Shown here piece by piece: positions 39,747 through 45,409 of a stretch of DNA of 45,409 bases. Location of the stretch: the NCBI GenBank assembly GCA_039803745.1, contig JBDRZD010000004.1, positions 1 to 45,409 on the forward strand, read 5' to 3'. Position numbers and translations under genes: made by a program. Under the pieces are notes generated by a model. The model made no database searches. It was not told where the DNA came from and was given only the letters and a program-made list of their open reading frames with translations. The stretch is from a candidate division WOR-3 bacterium. GTDB lineage: Bacteria; Hydrothermota; Hydrothermia; Hydrothermales; Hydrothermaceae. The first letter of the stretch is position 1, and every line of letters starts with the position of its first letter.

Positions 39747-42094
39747 TGAGGAAATTTCTAATTCCTTTAAGAGAAGCTATACTTTTCCCTGATTCTTTAC
39801 TTCCTCTTATAATAGCAAGAAAGTTTTCAAAAAATGCCTTTTATAAAGGTTTAAAGGAAGATGGTGAACTCGTATTTGTTACTCAAAAGAATGCAAGTAT
39901 TGAAAATCCACAGAAAGAAGATTTATACGAAATCGGATGCATTGGCAAAATAATTCAGCATATTGAAACATCTGAGGGAATGATAAGATGTGTTGCTCAT
40001 GGTATTAAAAGAGTTAAAATAAAGGAGATTATTAAGGAAGGAGCCGATGATTTTTATTTTGTTGCGGAATATGAAGAATATCCCTTCTTACCATGCGATA
40101 AAAAGGATGAAGAATTTTATATAAAGATGATAAAGGAAGTTTTCAAGGAACTTCTAAAAATTGAAAAAATTGTCCCTGACGAACTTTTACCTTCTCTTCT
40201 CGTTACCGATAATAAATTAGAAATTGCCTTTATAATAGCAAGTAATCTCCCTGTCCATATTGAGAAAAAACAGAAATTGCTTGAAGAAAAAGAAATTCTT
40301 GGTTTTTTAAAGGGGCTTCATAAAATTCTCCTTGAGGAACTTGAATTTAGAAAACTTAAAGAGGAAATAGAGGAAAAAGTGAGGGAAGAGATAAGAAAAG
40401 GTCAAAAACAGGTATTTCTTGCAGAACAAATGAGGCAGATACAGAAAGAACTCGGTTATGAAGAGCCTGATGAATTTACTCAATATATGGAGGCTATAAA
40501 AAAAGCCGGTATGCCTAAGGATGTTGAAGAAAAAGCGAGACACGAATTGCAAAGGCTCATGAAAACACCTGCATTTTCACCTGAGGCAACAGTCATAAGA
40601 ACCTATCTTGATTGGCTGATAAATTTGCCATGGAATAAAAGGACAAAGGATAACCTTGATTTAAAGAATGTTAAGAGAATACTTGACGAAGACCATTATG
40701 GGCTTGAGGAACCAAAATCAAGAATACTTGAATATCTTGCAATTTTAAAATTAAAAGGTAAATTAAGGGGACAAATACTTTGTTTTGTTGGTCCTCCTGG
40801 TGTAGGAAAGACATCACTTGCAAGATCAATTGCAAGGAGTCTTGGAAGAAGTTTTGTAAGAATGTCTTTAGGTGGTATAAGAGATGAGGCAGAAATAAGG
40901 GGGCACAGGAGAACTTATGTTGGTGCCCTCCCTGGAAGAATAATTCAGGGGATAAGAAAGGCAGGTTCAAAAAATCCGGTATTTTTACTTGATGAAATAG
41001 ATAAAGTTGGTATGGATTTCAGGGGTGATCCATATGCAGCACTTATGGAAGTTCTTGATCCTGAAGTCAACAAGCATTTTCAGGATAATTATCTTGAGAC
41101 GGAATTTGATTTGTCAGAAGTTTTGTTTATAACAACTGCAAATACAATTTACACAATTCCACTTGCTTTAAGAGATAGAATGGAAATTATAAGATTGCCT
41201 GGATATTTAGATGTTGAAAAATTCCATATTGCTAAAAAACACCTGATCCAAAAACTTTTAAAAGAGGCAGGTTTAGAAGATAAATATTTTCGTATTTCTG
41301 ATAAGGCAATTTATGAGATTATTAAAAATTATACAAGGGAAGCAGGTGTTAGGGAACTTGAAAGGAGATTAAATAAACTCGTTAGAATAGCTGCAAAGAA
41401 TTATGTAGAAAAAAATAAAAAAACATACATTACATTAAAAAATATTACCTCTTATCTTGGTCCAGAAGTTTATATTAAAAAAGAGAGTGATAAAAATTTG
41501 CCCCCAGGTGTTGTTTATGGACTTGCATGGACTGAAACAGGGGGTGAAATTTTAAGAGTTGAAGTTTTAAATTTAGAAGGTAAAGGCAATCTAATTCTAA
41601 CAGGTAAACTCGGGGATGTTTTGCAGGAATCTGCAAAGGCAGCCCTAAGTTATATAAGGTCAAGGGCAAAGTGGCTTGGAATTGATGAAAAATTTTATGA
41701 AAAAAGGGATTTACATCTTCACATTCCAGAAGGAAGCATTCCAAAGGATGGTCCTTCAGCAGGTCTTGCAATTATATGTGCAATGATTTCTTCTTTATTA
41801 AATTGTTCTTTTCCTTCTGATGTTGCATTGACAGGTGAGATAACCCTTACAGGTGAGGTTATAAAAATAGGAGGTGTTCCTGAAAAAATAAGTGCTGCAA
41901 AAAGAGCAGGTATAAAAAGGGTGATAATGCCAGAAGAAAATAGAAGCGAGATCGAAAAGATGAAACCTTCTTTAAAAGAGGGGCTTAAATTTACATTTGT
42001 AAAACATGTTGATGAAGTGATAAAAGATTTGTTTAATATAAGGTATATTGAAAAGGAGTATAAAGGGGAAATTGAGGCTATACATTCATCCTGA
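39746..42094 (+). CDS. lon: ATP-dependent protease La
   Basis: GPPGVGKTS, HRRTYVGALPGRI, LLDEIDK, PKDGPSAG catalytic Ser, GGVPEK catalytic Lys. Confidence 0.98.
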   Translation: MRKFLIPLREAILFPDSLLPLIIARKFSKNAFYKGLKEDGELVFVTQKNASIENPQKEDLYEIGCIGKIIQHIETSEGMIRCVAHGIKRVKIKEIIKEGADDFYFVAEYEEYPFLPCDKKDEEFYIKMIKEVFKELLKIEKIVPDELLPSLLVTDNKLEIAFIIASNLPVHIEKKQKLLEEKEILGFLKGLHKILLEELEFRKLKEEIEEKVREEIRKGQKQVFLAEQMRQIQKELGYEEPDEFTQYMEAIKKAGMPKDVEEKARHELQRLMKTPAFSPEATVIRTYLDWLINLPWNKRTKDNLDLKNVKRILDEDHYGLEEPKSRILEYLAILKLKGKLRGQILCFVGPPGVGKTSLARSIARSLGRSFVRMSLGGIRDEAEIRGHRRTYVGALPGRIIQGIRKAGSKNPVFLLDEIDKVGMDFRGDPYAALMEVLDPEVNKHFQDNYLETEFDLSEVLFITTANTIYTIPLALRDRMEIIRLPGYLDVEKFHIAKKHLIQKLLKEAGLEDKYFRISDKAIYEIIKNYTREAGVRELERRLNKLVRIAAKNYVEKNKKTYITLKNITSYLGPEVYIKKESDKNLPPGVVYGLAWTETGGEILRVEVLNLEGKGNLILTGKLGDVLQESAKAALSYIRSRAKWLGIDEKFYEKRDLHLHIPEGSIPKDGPSAGLAIICAMISSLLNCSFPSDVALTGEITLTGEVIKIGGVPEKISAAKRAGIKRVIMPEENRSEIEKMKPSLKEGLKFTFVKHVDEVIKDLFNIRYIEKEYKGEIEAIHSS

Positions 42095-43190
42095 AAAGGT
42101 TATTTTAGTTTCTCTCGTAAATCCTTATTTAAAACCAAAATTAGGGTCGAGATTTATGGAACTTGAATCACTGGCAAAGACAGCAGGATGTGAAGTTATT
42201 GGTAAAATATATCAAATAAGAGAAGCACCTGATCCAAAATTTTACATAGGTAAAGGTAAAATTTATGAAATAAAAAAGTTAATAGAGGAAAATGGTATTG
42301 ACGCCATAATTTTTGATACTTCCCTCTCAGGTAAATATCATAGAAATTTAGAAGAAGAACTCGGGGTAAAAATTATTGATAGAGTGGAACTGATAATGGA
42401 TATATTTGCACAACATGCAAGGACAAAAGAGGCAAAGATTCAGGTTGAGCTTGCTCAACTTAAATACAGATTAACTCAATTAAAAGGAAAAGGGAAAGAA
42501 CTCTCAAGACTTGGAGGAGGCATAGGAACAAGAGGACCCGGTGAGAAAAAACTTGAAGTGGATAGAAGAAGGATAATTGAAAGAATAAGAGTTTTAAATA
42601 AGGAACTTGAAAAAATTGAAATAATGAGAAGGGAAAGGAGTAAAAGGAGAAGAAATTTAATCCAGATTACGCTCGTTGGCTATACCAATGCAGGTAAATC
42701 TTCGCTCATGAATATTTTAACAAATTCACAGGTAGAAGTTAAAGATGCTCTTTTTTCAACCTTAGATACGACAACAAGAAGGATGAAAACCCAATTTGAT
42801 TTACCTGTTATTTTAACAGATACAGTTGGATTCATAGAAGATTTACCAGCCGAACTTTTAGCATCTTTTCATTCTACTCTTTCCTGTGTAAAAGAAGCAG
42901 ATATTCTTATAGAAGTTGTTGATGTTTCAGAAGAAAATTTTCTTGAAAAAATGCAAATTGTAGAAGAGACGCTTGTTTCTTTGGATGCAATAAATATACC
43001 CAGGATATTTGCTTTTAATAAAATAGATTTAGTTCTTGACAAAAATTATATAAAAATGGTTTCAAAGAGATTTGAAGACTCCTTTTTGATCTCTTGTAAA
43101 ACACAGGAAGGCATAGAAGAACTCAAAAATTTTTTAATTCAAAAAATACACGAATTATTGAAATTTAAATTTTTTTCCTTTAAAATATAA
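42048..43190 (+). CDS. hflX: Ribosome-splitting GTPase HflX
   Basis: IFAQHART.EAKIQVELAQL, RGPGE, GYTNAGKS, FSTLDT, DTVGF, NKID. Start uncertain (TTG 42048 or 42072). Confidence 0.96.
   Translation: MKRSIKGKLRLYIHPEKVILVSLVNPYLKPKLGSRFMELESLAKTAGCEVIGKIYQIREAPDPKFYIGKGKIYEIKKLIEENGIDAIIFDTSLSGKYHRNLEEELGVKIIDRVELIMDIFAQHARTKEAKIQVELAQLKYRLTQLKGKGKELSRLGGGIGTRGPGEKKLEVDRRRIIERIRVLNKELEKIEIMRRERSKRRRNLIQITLVGYTNAGKSSLMNILTNSQVEVKDALFSTLDTTTRRMKTQFDLPVILTDTVGFIEDLPAELLASFHSTLSCVKEADILIEVVDVSEENFLEKMQIVEETLVSLDAINIPRIFAFNKIDLVLDKNYIKMVSKRFEDSFLISCKTQEGIEELKNFLIQKIHELLKFKFFSFKI
43158..43186 (+). promoter_or_regulatory. Sigma70 promoter inside the hflX 3' end, predicted to give a leaderless mRNA for the next gene
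   Basis: TTGAAA(43158-63)-N17-TAAAAT(43181-86)-N6-ATG(43193); no SD. Confidence 0.65.
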
Positions 43191-43192
43191 AT

Positions 43193-43900
43193 ATGCATAA
43201 TGACAAATTAACGCCCTTTATACTACTTGAAGATGTGGAAAAACTTGTCTCACAGGAACTTGAAAAGAAAAAAGAGGTAATTACAAAAATTTTAAGACCA
43301 AAACTTCAGGAAATCGTGGCTCCTGTTTTAAGTGCTCTTGAAAAAATTGTTGGTATAGACCTTTTCTGGTATTCAAAGATATCAGTTGCTCCAATAATTA
43401 ATGAGGAAAGCGATTTAAATTTTGTTGCATACGGTATAGAGCCAAGAAGAAACGAGGGTTATACAAAAGATACACCTAATCTTGATATTTATTTAAGGTT
43501 TGAGATACATTCTCCAAGTGAAGTTGGAACATATTTTAAAATTTCTGGTAAATATGAAAAGTCAAGATTTGCTTTAGTTTTTCATGAGAATACAGAGGAA
43601 TTAATTAAATTAGTTTTAAATTCCTTTGTTTTTGGAAGAATGAAAGATCTGGATGTTCCATTAACTGATATTGAAAAGATAGTTGACTTTTTTGATAAAT
43701 ATTTTACAGGGGAGGATTTAATTTTGTTTTTTGGTCCTGTTGATGTATTTAGACCAAAGGATGAGATATATGCAGGTGTTCTTTTAAGGTTTTTAACACT
43801 TTTTCCAATTTACCAGGGAATAATAGAGGTTTCACTTCAAAGAACAACAAATTTCAAAAGTTATGAAAGAAAAATTTTTGAATTTATTACTAAGAAATAA
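43193..43900 (+). CDS. Hypothetical protein, possibly a divergent YktB/DUF1054 (UPF0637) homolog
   Basis: 235-aa ORF with genome-typical composition. LRPKL, FVAY...EGY and TLFPIYQ resemble YktB motifs as I recall them; family call is tentative. Confidence 0.6.
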   Translation: MHNDKLTPFILLEDVEKLVSQELEKKKEVITKILRPKLQEIVAPVLSALEKIVGIDLFWYSKISVAPIINEESDLNFVAYGIEPRRNEGYTKDTPNLDIYLRFEIHSPSEVGTYFKISGKYEKSRFALVFHENTEELIKLVLNSFVFGRMKDLDVPLTDIEKIVDFFDKYFTGEDLILFFGPVDVFRPKDEIYAGVLLRFLTLFPIYQGIIEVSLQRTTNFKSYERKIFEFITKK

Positions 43901-44651
43901 GAAGAGAGGATAAATTAGCTTTTAAATTTCTTTTGTCCATATTTTTATAAAGTTTTCCATTTATTGCAAGAGAGACTTCTCTTTTTTCTTCTGATACAAT
44001 TATGCATATTGCATCTGTTACTTCTGTAATTCCTATACCTGCCCTATGCCTTAAGCCAAGAGCAGGGTCAATCTCTGAACTTTCAGAAAGAGGCAGGATG
44101 CATCCTGCAGCAACTATTTCCTTTCCTTTAATAATTATTGCTCCATCATGTAAAGGAGAAGGTGGAGTAAATATGGTTACTATTAAAGGAGCAGAGACTT
44201 CAGCATTTATATACACTCCACCTTTTTCAATATATTCTTTAAGGCCAAGTTTTCTTTCAATAGCTATTAATGCTCCAAATCCCCTATCCCTTAATGTGAA
44301 AGATGCTGCAACAATTTCGTCAACGATTCCCTCAACATCTTTACTCCTTTCGCCAAAAAAATACCTTATAATAGGCGTTCTTCCAAAAAGTGATAATGCC
44401 CTTCTAATTTCCGGTTGAAAAATAATTATTATTGCTATTAAACCTATTGTCTTTATATTCTGGATTATCCATTTTAGAGAATCAAAATCAAAAATATAAG
44501 CAGCAAATGCAATAAGTAATATAAAGATTATTCCGAGGAGCATCTGGGGAACCTTTGTCCCTTTAAAAAGTCTTAAAAAATAAAATATTAAAATAGAAGT
44601 TAAAAGTATATCAATAAAATCAAAAAAATTGAATTTTAAAAAAGAGATCAT
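43890..44651 (-). CDS. cdaA: Membrane diadenylate cyclase CdaA/DacA
   Basis: Three N-terminal TM helices, IIFQPEIRRAL, PLHDGA, GLRHRAG, IVSEE. Confidence 0.95.
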   Translation of the reverse strand: MISFLKFNFFDFIDILLTSILIFYFLRLFKGTKVPQMLLGIIFILLIAFAAYIFDFDSLKWIIQNIKTIGLIAIIIIFQPEIRRALSLFGRTPIIRYFFGERSKDVEGIVDEIVAASFTLRDRGFGALIAIERKLGLKEYIEKGGVYINAEVSAPLIVTIFTPPSPLHDGAIIIKGKEIVAAGCILPLSESSEIDPALGLRHRAGIGITEVTDAICIIVSEEKREVSLAINGKLYKNMDKRNLKANLSSLLIS

Positions 44652-45409
44652 TTTTTAAAAACAGCAAGATGCAAAATTTCATCATTATATTCAAGTGCTC
44701 TCCCAACAAAATTTTTTGTTTCAAACCTTATTTCATTACCAAGTGAAATTGACTTAAACTTATCCTTTTTACTATTTTTTATTTCATGAATAATCTCTTC
44801 AATCTCTTCTTTTTTTCTTATGTTTGTAATTTCATTTCTTCTTGAAAGAGCATCAATCGCATACCCTTTTAATATTTTTAATTTATATTTATTAAACAAA
44901 TTTTTTGAATTAAAAAAATCCATACATAAAAAATCCTTTCCTGCGAATGCAATTAATCCATTAATACTATTAAAACTTAAGTCCTCAATGTATTTTTCAA
45001 TTTCATCCTTACATTTATTATAGGTATCATGCATGGAAAGAGTTTTACTATTCACTTTCAAACTTTTTAAAGTCTCCCTAACTTTTTCCCATACAATACT
45101 TTGATTTGCTTCAAATTTTTTCTTTTCATAAAGGGACTTATTAACACTTTTACACAATACACTTCTTATTGTAACAAAACTTATTTCTCCTGATAAAAAT
45201 TCCTTTTTATTTCCACTCCATCTTCCTTCCTCAACACATGTAACAGGTAATAAAAATTCAGTCTTCTCTTCTGCAAGGAATGCTGTATTTATAACTCTAT
45301 TCTGAAGTGCGCCTATTATTTCCTCTCCATCAATTGCAAATACTCTTTGATCAGAAAGATTTTTAAAAACTACTTCATTTATTTTCCCACCATTTATTTC
45401 TTCAATCTT
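44648..45409 (-). CDS. ARPP-1/DUF6569 family protein (5'-truncated by the window edge)
   Basis: The ORF-track frame stays open upstream to 45409: KIEEINGGKINEVVFKN...AIDGEEIIGALQNRVIN...LPVTCVEEGRW...NQSIVWE...GYAIDAL. Its stop overlaps the cdaA start (ATGA). Confidence 0.75.
   Translation of the reverse strand, partial: KIEEINGGKINEVVFKNLSDQRVFAIDGEEIIGALQNRVINTAFLAEEKTEFLLPVTCVEEGRWSGNKKEFLSGEISFVTIRSVLCKSVNKSLYEKKKFEANQSIVWEKVRETLKSLKVNSKTLSMHDTYNKCKDEIEKYIEDLSFNSINGLIAFAGKDFLCMDFFNSKNLFNKYKLKILKGYAIDALSRRNEITNIRKKEEIEEIIHEIKNSKKDKFKSISLGNEIRFETKNFVGRALEYNDEILHLAVFKK

Noticed and set aside
21042..44418. Longer antisense ORFs (21042-21386, 23779-24228, 34228-34656, 44002-44418) and the other small track ORFs inside genes
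   Set aside because: They lie opposite well-supported genes. Their Ser/Phe/Ile-rich content mirrors sense-strand codon bias, and they have no SD or motifs.
1..45409. CRISPR array, rRNA, riboswitch, IS element or prophage
   Set aside because: All intergenic gaps are about 130 bp or less and are explained by promoters, SDs, one terminator and the tRNA; no periodic repeats or mobile-element genes were seen by eye.

Overview
Gene-dense, very AT-rich bacterial chromosome segment, mostly core/housekeeping. It holds about 45 CDS (two truncated by the window edges) and one tRNA-Ala(GGC). I found no CRISPR array, integrase, transposase or long repeat. Lys/Glu/Ile-rich proteins, a stand-alone TrpB2, T9SS-like C-terminal sorting domains, an Omp85 protein and an Omp28/DUF6029-like cluster suggest a thermophilic diderm near the FCB group, e.g. 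candidate division WOR-3/Hydrothermia (inference only). Main blocks, in order: uvrA-rpmA; small membrane protein-trpB2; methyltransferase; EamA-class II aldolase; cstA-tandem transglutaminase-like protein; csp-tRNA-TPR lipoprotein-pilin-like-HNH-Omp85; Omp28-TlpA-DUF6029-like-dipeptidase; rhomboid; rsmI-PIP synthase-like-ino1-tmk-S41-nnr-beta-propeller-NtrC-like regulator; rpmI-queE; a 14 kb grpE-dnaK-dnaJ-rsmE-HIT-rpsU-mutS2-dnaG-rpoD-lon-hflX run; a YktB-like gene; and ARPP-1/DUF6569 coupled to cdaA. The most notable observations are (i) ARPP-1 translationally coupled to a diadenylate cyclase, (ii) a four-gene envelope thiol-redox module, (iii) a sigma54 activator with a Walker B D->N change behind a kinase-less propeller protein, (iv) ultra-short signal peptides on predicted exported proteins, (v) apparently leaderless promoters, and (vi) an inositol-lipid gene pair. 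All family assignments come from motif recognition by eye; no database searches were run.
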